A DNA stretch of 64,000 nt from Chrysochromulina tobinii (Eukaryota): NCBI GenBank assembly GCA_001275005.1, contig JWZX01003345.1, forward strand, positions 1 to 64,000. Direction: 5' to 3'. The position numbers and the translations under genes were made by a program. The notes beneath the pieces were generated by a model. It was not told the origin of the DNA, ran no database searches, and saw only the letters and a list, made by a program, of their open reading frames with translations. Of this stretch, positions 1 to 12,450 are shown piece by piece. Numbering within the stretch: position 1 is the stretch's first letter; the number at the start of each line of letters is the position of its first letter.

Positions 1-137
1 AAGCCTACCTCAAGATGAGTACTCTTACCATCATAGAATGGTTAAGGTCACGGCAAGACTAGCCGTTTGATAGGTATCAGGTGTAAGTACAGTAATGTAT
101 TTAGCTGAGATATACTAATAGACCGAATGCTTGACTT
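1..137 (+). rRNA. rrl: 23S rRNA, 3' end (partial; end approximate)
   Basis: Conserved LSU 3' motifs (AAGATGAG...GCCGTTTGATAGG...GTGTAAGT...TACTAATAGACCGA...TTGAC), followed by 5S. Confidence 0.9.
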
Positions 138-165
138 TACTTAATTTCAAAATTTCAATTCTTTG

Positions 166-286
166 GCTTAGACGTTTTATAGCGTAATGGACCCACATCG
201 AACCATTTCGAACTCGATAGTGAAACGTTACAGCGGTGAAAATACTAAAAGGGGGGCCTTTTGGGAAGATAACACAATGTCTAAGT
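166..286 (+). rRNA. rrf: 5S rRNA
   Basis: Terminal helix CTTAGAC/GTCTAAG; 5S motifs CCATTTCGAACTCG and GTGAAAC; about 120 nt; downstream of 23S. Confidence 0.9.
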
Positions 287-318
287 CTTTATTATTTTTA
301 TAATTTGAGTCCTTTAAA

Positions 319-669
319 ATGACTTCATATGCAATCGTACAAGCTAGCGGTAAGCAATTTTGGGTGGAAGAAAATAAATTCTACGATTTTGATAAACTAC
401 CGTTAGACAAAGGTGATAAGTTTAATATTAATCAAATATTATTAGTAAACCAACAAGATAGTGTTTCCGTGGGTACTCCCTATCTAGATTCAGAATTCTC
501 AGTTGAAGCTACTGTTTTAAGGCATCTATCGGGACCTAAAGTTAGAGTTTATAAGATGCGACCAAAGAAGAAAACTAGAAAGACTTTTGGAAGTCGCCGA
601 AGTTTAACACGCGTGTTAATTAATTCAATTTATAAAAAAGCCGATAGTAGTGTTTCGTGTTTTATGTAG
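319..669 (+). CDS. rpl21: 50S ribosomal protein L21
   Basis: YAIVQASGKQFWV...KVRVYKMRPKKKTRK motifs. Confidence 0.95.
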   Translation: MTSYAIVQASGKQFWVEENKFYDFDKLPLDKGDKFNINQILLVNQQDSVSVGTPYLDSEFSVEATVLRHLSGPKVRVYKMRPKKKTRKTFGSRRSLTRVLINSIYKKADSSVSCFM

Positions 670-690
670 TAAAAATTATTTGTATTATTT

Positions 691-1041
691 ATGGTTAGAG
701 TAAAAAGAGGTAATGTCTCGAGAAATAGGCACAAAAAAATCTTAAAATTTGCAAAGGGTTTTAAGGGCGCACACTCGAGAATATTTCGTACAGCAAATGG
801 TCAAGTAATGAAAGCTTTAGTCTATTCTTACGTTGGTAGGAAAAGACGCAAACAAGATTTTAAAAAATTATGGGTATGTCGTGTAAACGCTGCTTCAAGA
901 AGCGAAGGTTTAAATTACAGTCGTTTACAGAACTTATTAAAAAAATCTTCTATTGAACTGAATGTGAAGATGTTAGCTCAGCTTTCAGTTTTAGATCGAG
1001 AAACTTTCTCGTACGTACTACAAAAGGCAAAATCTGTATAA
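691..1041 (+). CDS. rpl20: 50S ribosomal protein L20
   Basis: MVRVKRGNV...AKGFKGAHS...LW..RVNAA. Confidence 0.97.
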   Translation: MVRVKRGNVSRNRHKKILKFAKGFKGAHSRIFRTANGQVMKALVYSYVGRKRRKQDFKKLWVCRVNAASRSEGLNYSRLQNLLKKSSIELNVKMLAQLSVLDRETFSYVLQKAKSV

Positions 1042-1063
1042 AAATAATTATTAAAAAAAAGGC

Positions 1064-1309
1064 ATGGCACACAAAAAAGGAGCTGGAAGTACTAAAAACG
1101 GACGTGATTCTAATTCGAAGAGGCTAGGTATTAAAGTTTACGGTAATCAGCCAGTTAAAGCTGGGGGTATTGTTGTTCGTCAACGTGGTCTTACATTTAA
1201 GCCTGGTAAAGGCGTTATGGTTGGAAATGATTATACAATCTTTGCTGTCCAAGACGGGGTTGTACATTTTGAAAACGATAAAAATTCTAAATTTATAAGT
1301 GTACTTTAA
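1064..1309 (+). CDS. rpl27: 50S ribosomal protein L27
   Basis: [22 protein letters not shown]. Confidence 0.98.
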   Translation: MAHKKGAGSTKNGRDSNSKRLGIKVYGNQPVKAGGIVVRQRGLTFKPGKGVMVGNDYTIFAVQDGVVHFENDKNSKFISVL

Positions 1310-1319
1310 TGTTTAAAGT

Positions 1320-1364
1320 AAAAAAAACAGATGTTACAGCTAACTGTAACATCTGTTTTTTTTT
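1320..1364. terminator. Bidirectional hairpin between convergent rpl27 and rbcS
   Basis: A-run-CAGATGTTACAG-ctaa-CTGTAACATCTG-T-run, a perfect inverted repeat. Confidence 0.8.
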
Positions 1365-1378
1365 CTAAACTTTAAGGT

Positions 1379-1798
1379 TTAGTAACGCTCACCTTCTGGC
1401 TTAGCACAAGGTGCATAAGCTTCGATAGTGTAAACTAGCTGACGACCAGCAACCTCTTGACGTACAAGTCTGAAACCTGGTTCATACGCAGGGCGCTGAA
1501 CGATGAATGATAGTACACAAGACTCAGTACCACGAGTGTTATCAAATGCAGAGATCTTGATGTAGTAGTTTGGCTTAGCCTTACGAGCCATATTAAGCTC
1601 GAAAAGAATCGCTGCAGGATCTTTGATATCGAAAAGTGGAAGACCCCACATTTCCCAGTAACTGTTACGAGGGTGTGGATCATCTGTGTACTCGATAGAA
1701 ACCGCCCAAGACTTATCGATCGCGTATTGGATCTGCTTAGTGATTTGCGCATCAGTTAGGTCAGGAAGAAAAGAGAATGCTCCTTGAGTTAGTTTCAT
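1379..1798 (-). CDS. rbcS: RuBisCO small subunit (red type)
   Basis: MKLTQGAFSFLPDLTD...DPHPRNSYWEMWGLP; directly downstream of rbcL. Confidence 0.98.
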   Translation of the reverse strand: MKLTQGAFSFLPDLTDAQITKQIQYAIDKSWAVSIEYTDDPHPRNSYWEMWGLPLFDIKDPAAILFELNMARKAKPNYYIKISAFDNTRGTESCVLSFIVQRPAYEPGFRLVRQEVAGRQLVYTIEAYAPCAKPEGERY

Positions 1799-1892
1799 TA
1801 TGTACTCCTTAAATGAAAATTAATTAATATTATTCGTGTTTCTAGCATTTACCTAAACTAGCCCACGAGGACTAGTTTTCGGTTAGATAGGA

Positions 1893-3476
<1,584 letters not shown>

Positions 3477-3572
3477 TTATAAAATAAGATATCACGAAAT
3501 AGTCGCTTGTAACAAACACCGTTATTTATAATATAGATAAATATATTTAATATTTTAATTAAAAATCCTTAC

Positions 3573-3598
3573 AATCCAATATATATATATATTGGATT
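3573..3598. repeat. Perfect 26-bp palindrome with (AT)n core
   Basis: AATCCAATATATATATATATTGGATT is its own reverse complement; lies just 3' of trnF. Confidence 0.85.
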
Positions 3599-3606
3599 TA
3601 CGTTAT

Positions 3607-3679
3607 TGCCAGGATCCAGATTTGAACTGGAGACACGAGGATTTTCAATCCACTGCTCTACCAACTGAGCTATCCCGGC
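3607..3679 (-). tRNA. trnF: tRNA-Phe(GAA)
   Basis: GCCGGGATAGCTCAGTTGGTAGAGC...TTGAAAA...GTTCAAAT cloverleaf; one U-U mismatch in the anticodon stem. Confidence 0.95.
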
Positions 3680-3749
3680 TTGTTTGCTTATTTAAAGTTC
3701 TCATAGGATAATAATATAAGAAGTAACTTTTGACAAGTAGAAAATTTAA

Positions 3750-5057
3750 ATGAAAAATAAGTACCTTACTACAATAGCTAAAAAATTAGCAAATTTACAA
3801 TTAGCAATAAGTTTACTATTTACTATTGGCCTTATTATTGCTATAGGTACGATTATAGAACAAGATCAGTCTCTTAATTTTTATAAACAAAATTATTCGG
3901 ATATATCACCTATGTTTGGTTTTTTAACCTGGAAAATTATCATCTTTTTGGGTTTGGATAAAATTTATACTGTATGGTGGTTTTTAGTGCTTTTAGGACT
4001 GTTTGCAGCTTCACTTTTATCATGTACTTTAACAACCCAGTTACCTTCTATTAAAACGTTCAAAATTTGGAAGTTTTATAACAAACCGGTTCAGTTAAAG
4101 AGCTTGAGTATCACGGATACGTTAGATCGAGGTTTATTTAATTCGTTTGCTTATTACTGTAATGATAATAATTATCATTTTTTTCGCCAAAATAAAAAAG
4201 GTTACGCATATTCCGGACTATTGGGCCGCGTGGCTCCCGCAGTAGTCCACATAAGCATTATTTTACTATTAATAGGTTCGACTTTTGGTTCATTGGGTGG
4301 TTATACAGCACAGCAGTTTGTTCCACGAGGTGAAATTACCCATATACAAAATTTAACAAAATTTGGTAATATAAGCTCTTTACCAAATGATCTTTCATTT
4401 CGTATTAATGATTTTTGGATTACTTATACAAAAGATCTAAAAACAGACCAATTTTATTCCGATTTATCCTTGTTAACCAATCAAGGAAAAGAACTAAAAA
4501 GGAAAACTATTTTTGTTAATGAGCCGTTATTATATAACAATATCGCCTTATATCAAACAGATTGGGATATCGTGGGGTTAAAAGTTAAATTACCAAACAA
4601 TGAAATTTTTCAGATACCGGTTAAAAAAATTACTAAAGGTAGTCGTAAATTTTGGTTTTGTTCATTGCCAGTAGATAAATTCCTAGGTAAAACGCTATCT
4701 GTCGTTATAAATGATTTAAACGGACAATTTTTTATTTATGATTCTAAAGGTATCTTGCTACAACAATCACGTATAGGTGACTCGGTTTATTTAAGTGACG
4801 ACTTAAATATTCAATTTTTATCTTTCTTAACTAATACTGGACTTCAAATAAAATCCGATCCAGGTATAAACACAGTATATCTATCTTTTTTATTACTTAT
4901 GTTAAGTATTTACGTAAGTTTCTTTACATATTCGCAAATTTGGTTGGTTGAATCTACACAGAAAATTATTGTTGGAGGTACCTCAAATCGGGCTGTTTTA
5001 TTCTTCCAACAGCAATTTAGAAAAATTTTTAAACGCGTTACAAAAGTAGTCCGTTAA
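3750..5057 (+). CDS. ccs1: Cytochrome c biogenesis protein Ccs1 (ResB family)
   Basis: LAISLL...IGTIIEQ, VVHISIILLLIG, YQTDW, GLQIKSDPG motifs. Confidence 0.95.
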   Translation: MKNKYLTTIAKKLANLQLAISLLFTIGLIIAIGTIIEQDQSLNFYKQNYSDISPMFGFLTWKIIIFLGLDKIYTVWWFLVLLGLFAASLLSCTLTTQLPSIKTFKIWKFYNKPVQLKSLSITDTLDRGLFNSFAYYCNDNNYHFFRQNKKGYAYSGLLGRVAPAVVHISIILLLIGSTFGSLGGYTAQQFVPRGEITHIQNLTKFGNISSLPNDLSFRINDFWITYTKDLKTDQFYSDLSLLTNQGKELKRKTIFVNEPLLYNNIALYQTDWDIVGLKVKLPNNEIFQIPVKKITKGSRKFWFCSLPVDKFLGKTLSVVINDLNGQFFIYDSKGILLQQSRIGDSVYLSDDLNIQFLSFLTNTGLQIKSDPGINTVYLSFLLLMLSIYVSFFTYSQIWLVESTQKIIVGGTSNRAVLFFQQQFRKIFKRVTKVVR

Positions 5058-5169
5058 CTTAAAGTCGTGTAGTTAAAATATGCTCTATTATAATAATAAT
5101 TTATGAAGCGATATATAATATTAACCAAATAGTTTATTAATAATCAAAGTTTTTAAAAATATTTTTATT

Positions 5170-5724
5170 ATGAAGCGCTTTTTTGCTATCTTAATTGCAG
5201 TACTAACTTCTGTGGGCGTACCTAGTTTAGCTTTGGCTGATGTAAGTGGTTTAGTACCTTGTAAAGATTCTGCAGTTTTTAAAAAACGACTAGACGGTAG
5301 TGTAAAAAAACTTACTGCTCGTTTAGAAAAGTATGAAGAGGGTACTCCAGCGTATTTAGCACTGGAAGCACAAATTGAAGGAACGAAAACTCGTTTTGAT
5401 AAATACGGTAAACAAGGTTTATTGTGCGGTAACGATGGTTTACCTCATTTAATTGCAGATGGTAGACCTAGTCATGCAGGAGAATTCATAGTTCCTGGTA
5501 TTTGTTTCCTTTATATTGCAGGTTATACTGGTTGGGCTGGTCGTAGTTATTTACAATTTGCAAAAAAGACGGATAAACCTAATGAAAATGAAATAATCAT
5601 TAATGTCCCTGTGGCAATAGGTATGATGTCTGCAAGTTTCCTTAGGCCGGTAGCCGCTTGGAAAGAACTAGTTTCCGACGAGTTACTAGTGCCAAGTAAT
5701 GAAGTGACAGTATCCCCTCGTTAA
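5170..5724 (+). CDS. psaF: Photosystem I subunit III
   Basis: ADVSGLVPCKDS...LLCGNDGLPHLI...TVSPR. Confidence 0.97.
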   Translation: MKRFFAILIAVLTSVGVPSLALADVSGLVPCKDSAVFKKRLDGSVKKLTARLEKYEEGTPAYLALEAQIEGTKTRFDKYGKQGLLCGNDGLPHLIADGRPSHAGEFIVPGICFLYIAGYTGWAGRSYLQFAKKTDKPNENEIIINVPVAIGMMSASFLRPVAAWKELVSDELLVPSNEVTVSPR

Positions 5725-5757
5725 ATTATCGATTTATTGACATACAAAGTTAAACTC

Positions 5758-5889
5758 ATGGATCAAAACCTACTTAAATATTTATCAACAGCTCCGGTAC
5801 TTGCAACTGCTTGGCTTAGTTTTACGGCTGCTTTTATAATCGAAATTCAACGTTACGCACCCGATACATTATCGTTTTCACCTTATTAA
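5758..5889 (+). CDS. psaJ: Photosystem I subunit IX
   Basis: Manual translation [43 protein letters not shown]; follows psaF. Confidence 0.95.
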   Translation: MDQNLLKYLSTAPVLATAWLSFTAAFIIEIQRYAPDTLSFSPY

Positions 5890-6004
5890 AGGTTCTTTAT
5901 AAAACCCTTGTTACTTGTTCAATATTTCTAAGAAATGTGCAAGTAACTTGGGGTTTTTAATTTTTTAGGCTTCCATTAAATAATGTAAAACCTTAAAATA
6001 TTAA

Positions 6005-6949
6005 GTGGTTAAAGTTCGCAAATTACGTACACCCAAATTACAGCTCCTAACAGCCAATCTTTTTACTAGGATTTCTTATAAAATTAATTTTATTAGTAGT
6101 AAGAACGGTGACCAATCCGTATTGGCGATCGATATCTTAAAAAAGGAGGTACAAAAAGATTTACTCCACATTACAAGCCAAAACTTAGAAAAAACTTATC
6201 GGGAACTTTTAGGCCATAAATCACCACAGCTAAATATGCAATTAAATGGTGAAGCAATTTTTATCCTACTACTAAAAGAAATATGTGATAGTTTTTTAAT
6301 AAAGCAATATGGTTGTGATGTTCGGTTAAAATTGAATGAGTTTACAAAATCTTTTTATGTTAAAAATCTACTCGAAGAGATAGACATTATTTTTAAGGTA
6401 CCTTTTTATGCTATTTTAAACAGTAAAGCGGCGGAATTTCTCTTAGTTTATTACCCTGTTTATAATTACGCATCTGAAAATTTTTTAGAGGCTTTGATTG
6501 ATCATCTAGTTATTGAAATTGCGAATTGTGTAGCGTATGTGACACTGGTAAACTTTTCCTTCCTCTATTCCTTTCGACAAACTCTGTATCGATCTAAATT
6601 TTTATCTTTGCGGAACTTTGAGCAATTTAAGAACAACCTAATTTGGCAAGTACGAATAAAAATTTATATTCAACGACCGACGTCGTTTTATAGTAGTTCT
6701 TATAGACTTTTTTTGTTAAGAACTACAGGAATTTACACTAGAACAATTTATGCAAATAGACCACAATACTTTAACTCACTTACTAAATTTCCTCTTTTTG
6801 TTGTAACTATTGTTGAGTTGAAAGATTTTATTGGAAGTCGGTTTGATGAGTTAGTTTACTTTTTAAGTAAGGGTTTACGCTTTATCTTAACATCTGTTTT
6901 GGGGCAGTTTATTGGATTAGTATGGCGTGGAATTAGAGAAGGTCTATAG
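6005..6949 (+). CDS. ycf55: Conserved hypothetical protein Ycf55 (DUF3685-like); GTG start uncertain
   Basis: FLSLRNFEQFKNNL.W...RP..FY.S.Y and C-terminal LG.FIGLVWRGI.EG resemble Ycf55/DUF3685. Confidence 0.75.
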   Translation: MVKVRKLRTPKLQLLTANLFTRISYKINFISSKNGDQSVLAIDILKKEVQKDLLHITSQNLEKTYRELLGHKSPQLNMQLNGEAIFILLLKEICDSFLIKQYGCDVRLKLNEFTKSFYVKNLLEEIDIIFKVPFYAILNSKAAEFLLVYYPVYNYASENFLEALIDHLVIEIANCVAYVTLVNFSFLYSFRQTLYRSKFLSLRNFEQFKNNLIWQVRIKIYIQRPTSFYSSSYRLFLLRTTGIYTRTIYANRPQYFNSLTKFPLFVVTIVELKDFIGSRFDELVYFLSKGLRFILTSVLGQFIGLVWRGIREGL

Positions 6950-7064
6950 AAGTAAACTGTTAATTAAGGATTTTAGGTAAGAAAAATAGAGGTTCAAATA
7001 GGCTTTACGTATGATATCATATTACCATACTAAAAATTATAATTTTTATTTATTTGAAGACTTT

Positions 7065-7160
7065 ATGAATACCCTTATTGGTTACATTTTATTAATGACG
7101 CTAATGTTTAGCTTAGCTGCAGGGCTTTACTTTGGTTTAAAGACAATCAGACTGATCTAG
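7065..7160 (+). CDS. petL: Cytochrome b6f subunit VI
   Basis: Manual translation MNTLIGYILLMTLMFSLAAGLYFGLKTIRLI (31 aa); petL-ycf4 order. Confidence 0.9.
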   Translation: MNTLIGYILLMTLMFSLAAGLYFGLKTIRLI

Positions 7161-7373
7161 CCAACCAATATTTCTACAGAATAAATAAAATTACTTTTAT
7201 TTAATTTCTGTAGAATTATTAAGCTTATAGTTTTTTGGCGATTTTCTCAAACTAATTTATCTAAGATTACACTTAGTAAAAAATATACGACAAAAGGGTT
7301 TAACGAGCATAACGTTTACACCCTATTCAAAATAATTTAAATTACTATGGCGTGAAAGCCATACATTTTGCTC

Positions 7374-7931
7374 ATGAATTATGACGAACAAAATTCAGTC
7401 CTTAAAACAAATATTGCGGGTTCACGGCAATTAAGTAATATTTTTTGGGCTTTAACTGTTAGCTTAGGGGGTATGGGTTTCTTTTTAACCGGTTTATCCA
7501 GCTTTTTTAATAAAAATTTACTCCTTTTTTCAGATTCTACAGAAATTGCCTTTATACCACAAGGAATAGTGCTATTGTTTTATGGAACAGTCGGTTCAAT
7601 TTTGGGTCTTTTTCTACTTTTGACTATTTGGTGGAATGTTGGATTTGGCTATAATGAGTATGATAGATTTTCGCAAAAGGTTACGATTTATCGAAAGGGT
7701 TTTCCTGGGAAAACTCAAGAATTAACCTTTACTTTTGGGTTCAATGAAATAAAATCTATAAAAATGAGGATTAAAGACGGACTTAATCCAAAGCGTCAAT
7801 TATTACTTTGTTTAACGGATAATCGTGAGATTCCTTTAACAGGTATAGAACAGCCTACTGCATTAAACAAAATTGAAAGTGAGGCAATTACTTTAGCGAA
7901 GTACTTAAACGTATTTCTTGAAACGGAATAA
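7374..7931 (+). CDS. ycf4: Photosystem I assembly protein Ycf4
   Basis: GSRQLSNIFWA, FIPQGIVLLFYG, WWNVG.GYNEYD, RKGFPGK; ATG at 7374 preferred over TTG at 7368. Confidence 0.95.
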   Translation: MNYDEQNSVLKTNIAGSRQLSNIFWALTVSLGGMGFFLTGLSSFFNKNLLLFSDSTEIAFIPQGIVLLFYGTVGSILGLFLLLTIWWNVGFGYNEYDRFSQKVTIYRKGFPGKTQELTFTFGFNEIKSIKMRIKDGLNPKRQLLLCLTDNREIPLTGIEQPTALNKIESEAITLAKYLNVFLETE

Positions 7932-7987
7932 ACCATTAGCTAACAAACACATCTAAAATTAGATTAATTTTTAATTTGATTGAAATG

Positions 7988-8061
7988 GGCGAACGACGGG
8001 AATCGAACCCGCGAATGCTGGAACCACAACCCAGTGCCTTAACCACTTGGCTACGCTCGCC
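7988..8061 (-). tRNA. trnH: tRNA-His(GUG), with encoded G-1
   Basis: GGCGAGCGTAGCCAAGTGG...TTGTGGT...GGTTCGATTCC; C73 discriminator. Confidence 0.95.
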
Positions 8062-8203
8062 GAAATATGGAGCTTTATTAAACTACATGATTAATAATAT
8101 CATATTACGTACCATTTTGCCCAGATCTTTAAGTTATTCTTGTTATTTTTAATAACAAACATAAAAGGATGAGGACGTCTATTTCTTCCGAAGCACCGAT
8201 AAG

Positions 8204-8923
8204 ATGGGGATGTACAACGAAAAGATATTAATTGTTGAGGAAGATGTTATTACCCGTAGGGTCTTACAACGAAGATTAATCTTCCTTGGTTATATTGTTA
8301 CTTCCGTTTCAAATGGGAAAGACGCACTACGTCTCCTTAAAACGGAATCTCCTAATTTAATAATACTTGATTTAATACTTCCAAATTTTGATGGCTATGA
8401 AGTCTGTTTTAAAATTAGGCAAATTTCCAAAGCCCCAGTCATTATGATAACTGGGTTAAAAAATATACCAAATGGTGTTAAATTCTTTGAATTAGGTGCG
8501 GATGACTATTTAATGAAACCCTTTTCCCTTAAAGAATTGGAGTTACGTATAAGGTCCACATTAAAAAGAGCTCCCCCAGGGCACATTTACGTCCAGACGC
8601 CAAGAAGATATACGAATATGATGCAAGTTGGTGCACTTTCTATTGAGTGGTCTCAGCGAAAGGTGTTTAAAAACCAAAATCAACTTAAATTAACTACACT
8701 TGAATTCAGTCTTTTAGAACTTTTATTTGATCATGCGGGTAAACCCTTGTCACGTAAAATAATATTAAACAATATTTGGGGCTACACTCCCGAACGTGAC
8801 GTTGATATGCGTATGGTAGATGTTCATATTTCTAGACTTCGCTCGAAATTAGAAGACAATTCACGTAAACCTAACTTTATTTTAACCGTTCGTGGTCGAG
8901 GTTATTTGTTTCGAGCGTATTAA
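8204..8923 (+). CDS. ycf27: OmpR-family response regulator (Ycf27/RpaB-like, divergent)
   Basis: Receiver domain (LIILD, GADDYLMKPFS) plus winged helix WGYTPER...VDVHISRLRSKLE. Confidence 0.88.
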   Translation: MGMYNEKILIVEEDVITRRVLQRRLIFLGYIVTSVSNGKDALRLLKTESPNLIILDLILPNFDGYEVCFKIRQISKAPVIMITGLKNIPNGVKFFELGADDYLMKPFSLKELELRIRSTLKRAPPGHIYVQTPRRYTNMMQVGALSIEWSQRKVFKNQNQLKLTTLEFSLLELLFDHAGKPLSRKIILNNIWGYTPERDVDMRMVDVHISRLRSKLEDNSRKPNFILTVRGRGYLFRAY

Positions 8924-9055
8924 GTTTGTGTTATTTAAAGACCGTCTCGAGTCTTTGCATAACAAAACAATTGGAATAAAGAAAAGTGTACCAGGATACC
9001 AATTTCCCTACTACTAAACCTTTGAATTACCAAAAGCTGACATAAAAACGCATAA

Positions 9056-12000
9056 ATGGTTTTCTTTAAGAAAGATATATACAAATACCTTTTACCAAAT
9101 TTATTAGAAACTCAACGAATAAGTTTTTGTTGGTTTATCGAATTTGGTTTTCTTCAGGAACTTGAGAATTTTTCCGCAATAAGAGATTATCTTGATGAGT
9201 TGAAATTAAATTTGTCTGCACAACATTACAAAATTCGCCAGCCAAAGTATACTTTGGCTGAGGCACGTCGTCGTGAGACAACATATAGCGTAAGAGTATA
9301 TACGCTTGCCCAATTAGTTTACCTGGACGGTTCTAAAGAGAAACCGAAATGAAGTTCTACTATGTGATATCCCGTTAATGACTAATGAAGGGACCTTTCT
9401 GGTAAATGGTATTGAACGAGTTATCATTAACCAGATTGTACGAAGTCCAGGCATTTATTATAAAACTGAAATCGATAAACAAAACTATCGTTATTATACG
9501 GCTAGTTTAATTTCAAATCGTGGAACATGGGTTAAATTTGAAATGGACAAGGATGAATTAATCTCAGTCAAAATAGATAAAGCTAAGAAACTATCGGTAT
9601 ATGTGTTTTTTAAAGCTATTGGATTATTTGATAATGAGATTTTCAATACTTTAGATAATCCTGAGTATTTTCAAAATTCGTTTAAAGAGTATGAAAACTT
9701 TTCTCTAGAAGAGGCTTTTTTAGAGGTTTATACAAAATTAAAACCTGGAGAACCCGCTAGTATTAAAGCTGGTCAACAAATATTGTATTCGAGATTCTTT
9801 GACCCTAAGCGTTATGATCTTGGTTATGTAGGACGTTACAAAATAAACAAGCGTTTGGGTTTAGATGTCCAAAATAATATACACATTCTAACATCTAAGG
9901 ATATTTTACAAATTGTTAACGAACTAATCAATTTCCGCATAGCACCTACGTTAGAAGATGATATTGACCATTTAGGTAATCGCAGAGTTAGGTCGGTCGG
10001 TGAATTATTACAAAACCAAATTCGTGTAGGTTTAAGCCGGCTTGAACGGATCGCGCAAGAGCGTATGAGTATTTGTGAACAAAAGTATCTCCGTGTTAAT
10101 GTCTTGGTGAACCCTAAACCCTTAGTTTCATCCATTCGAGAATTTTTTGGGTCCAACCCCCTTTCACAATTTATGGATCAAACTAATCCATTAGCCGAAT
10201 TGACTCATAAACGGAGACTATCCGTGTTAGGGCCAGGAGGGATAACACGCGATCGTGCAGGCTTTGCTGTTCGTGATATTCACCCTAGCCAATATGGTCG
10301 AATTTGTCCTATTGAGACTCCAGAAGGACCAAATGCCGGTCTAATAGGATCACTCTCTACCTATGGACGCGTAAATTCCTATGGTTTTATTGAAACACCC
10401 TTTTATAAAGTTAAATACGGTAAAGTTCTTCAAAGGACTTTTCCAATATACTTGGATGCTACTTCTGAGGATAAGTACCGACTTGCTGCAGGTGATTTAG
10501 AAATAAGAGAAGATGGTTTTATTAAGAATAATACTGTACCTGTACGTTACCGCCAGGGGTTATTTAGCGTACCCGCAGGGGAGGTAGACTATATAGCCGT
10601 TTCTCCTATACAAGTAGTGTCGTTAGCAACGTCACTTATACCTTTCTTAGAACACGATGACGCGAACCGGGCCCTTATGGGCTCAAATATGCAACGTCAA
10701 TCTGTACCACTGCTATACCCGGAGGCTCCACTAGTAGGTACAGGTTTAGAGGGGCAAACTGCTAGAGACTCTGGTATGACTGTGTTAAGTGTTGGTTATG
10801 GAAAAGTAATACGTATAAATGGCGGAAAAATTTTTATCAAGGATAAAAATTATGTAATTTTTACTTATAACTTAACTAAATACCAACGTTCTAATCAGGA
10901 TACTTGTATAAACCAGAGGCCTCTAGTTGGTATTAACGAAAAAGTTTTAACCGGCCAAATTATAGCAGATGGGGCTTCTACTGAAGGAGGTGAGTTATCT
11001 GTAGGTCAGAATATCTTAATCGCTTATATGCCGTGGGAAGGATATAACTATGAAGACGCTTTTGTTATAAGCGAGCGACTAATTTATGATGATTATATAC
11101 TTCTTTACATATTGAGAAGTTTGTAATCGAAATTCGCCAAACTAAATTAGGGATGGAAGAGGTTACTCGAGACCTTCCGAATGTTAGTGAACATTCTATT
11201 CGACATTTGGACAAAAACGGTATTATACGAATAGGTACTTGGGTTAACTCTGGAGATACCTTAGTCGGGAAAGTAACTCCCAAAGGGGAATCTGATTATC
11301 CACCCGAAGGTAAGTTATTGCGGGCGATTTTTGGTGAAAAGTCTCGTGATGTTAGAAATACATCATTAAAATTACCTCATGGGACATCCGGTCGTGTTTT
11401 AGATGTAAAAATTTTTTCTAGAAGTAATAGAGATGATTTACCCCCGGGAACAGACGAAGTATTAAAAGTCTATATCGCACAAACAAGAAAAATTCAAATA
11501 GGGGATAAAATGGCCGGTCGACATGGAAATAAAGGAATTATCTCAAAAATTTTACCCCGTGAAGATATGCCTTTTCTACCAGATGGGACGCCTGTTGATA
11601 TGATTTTAAACCCACTAGGAGTACCTTCCAGAATGAATGTTGGCCAACTTTTTGAATGCCTTCTTGGGTTTGCTGTGCATAATTTGGGTGTCAGATGTAA
11701 AATTGTACCCTTTGATGAAATGTATGGCTCTGAAGCTTCAAGAGCACTTATAAATAAAAAATTAAAAGAAGCAGCTCATGAAAAAAAGTGGGTTTTTGCA
11801 AGCGAACACCCAGGAAAAATGGTTTTACGCGACGGTCGTACAGGGAAAAATTTTGAAAACCCTATAACGGTCGGTCAAGCTTACATGTTGAAATTGGTTC
11901 ATTTAGTTGATGATAAAATTCATGCGCGTTCTACTGGACCTTATTCGTTAGTTACCCAGCAGCCTCTTGGTGGTCGTGCACAACAAGGAGGGCAAAGGTT

Positions 12001-12388
12001 AGGTGAAATGGAAGTTTGGGCATTAGAAGCTTTTGGTGCTGCGTATACACTACAAGAATTGTTAACTATTAAGTCTGATGATATGCAAGGTCGTAATGAA
12101 ACCTTAAATGCTATTGTTAAGGGTTTACCTATACCTCGTCCAGGGATTCCAGAGTCATTTAAAGTTTTAATGCGTGAATTACAAGCATTATGTTTGGACG
12201 TTGCCACATATAAACTAAATATTCAAGATAATATAAAACTGCAAGATTATGAGATTAATTTAATGAGTGAAGTCTCAGAAGATAAGGAAAATTCAACTAT
12301 CGATATCAACCTACCAAAGTTAGTTTTAGATCCGTCAATCTCAAATAGTATGCTCTCTAACCAAGGCGAAGAAAAAGGCTATCTTTAA
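9056..12388 (+). CDS. rpoB: RNA polymerase beta subunit (two frame breaks as sequenced)
   Basis: Three consecutive ORFs with RpoB motifs ([38 protein letters not shown]); breaks near 9345 and 11093. Confidence 0.95.
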
Positions 12389-12450
12389 CAGTCTTTCAAT
12401 TTTGGGTTAACTTCAACACCTCATGATGATATAAAATTGTTCCTTTTTTT

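Noticed and set aside
3607..3679. U-U mismatches in the trnF anticodon stem and the trnR(CCG) acceptor stem as evidence of tRNA editing
   Set aside because: Single mismatches are tolerated in organellar tRNAs and cannot be told apart from base-call errors here
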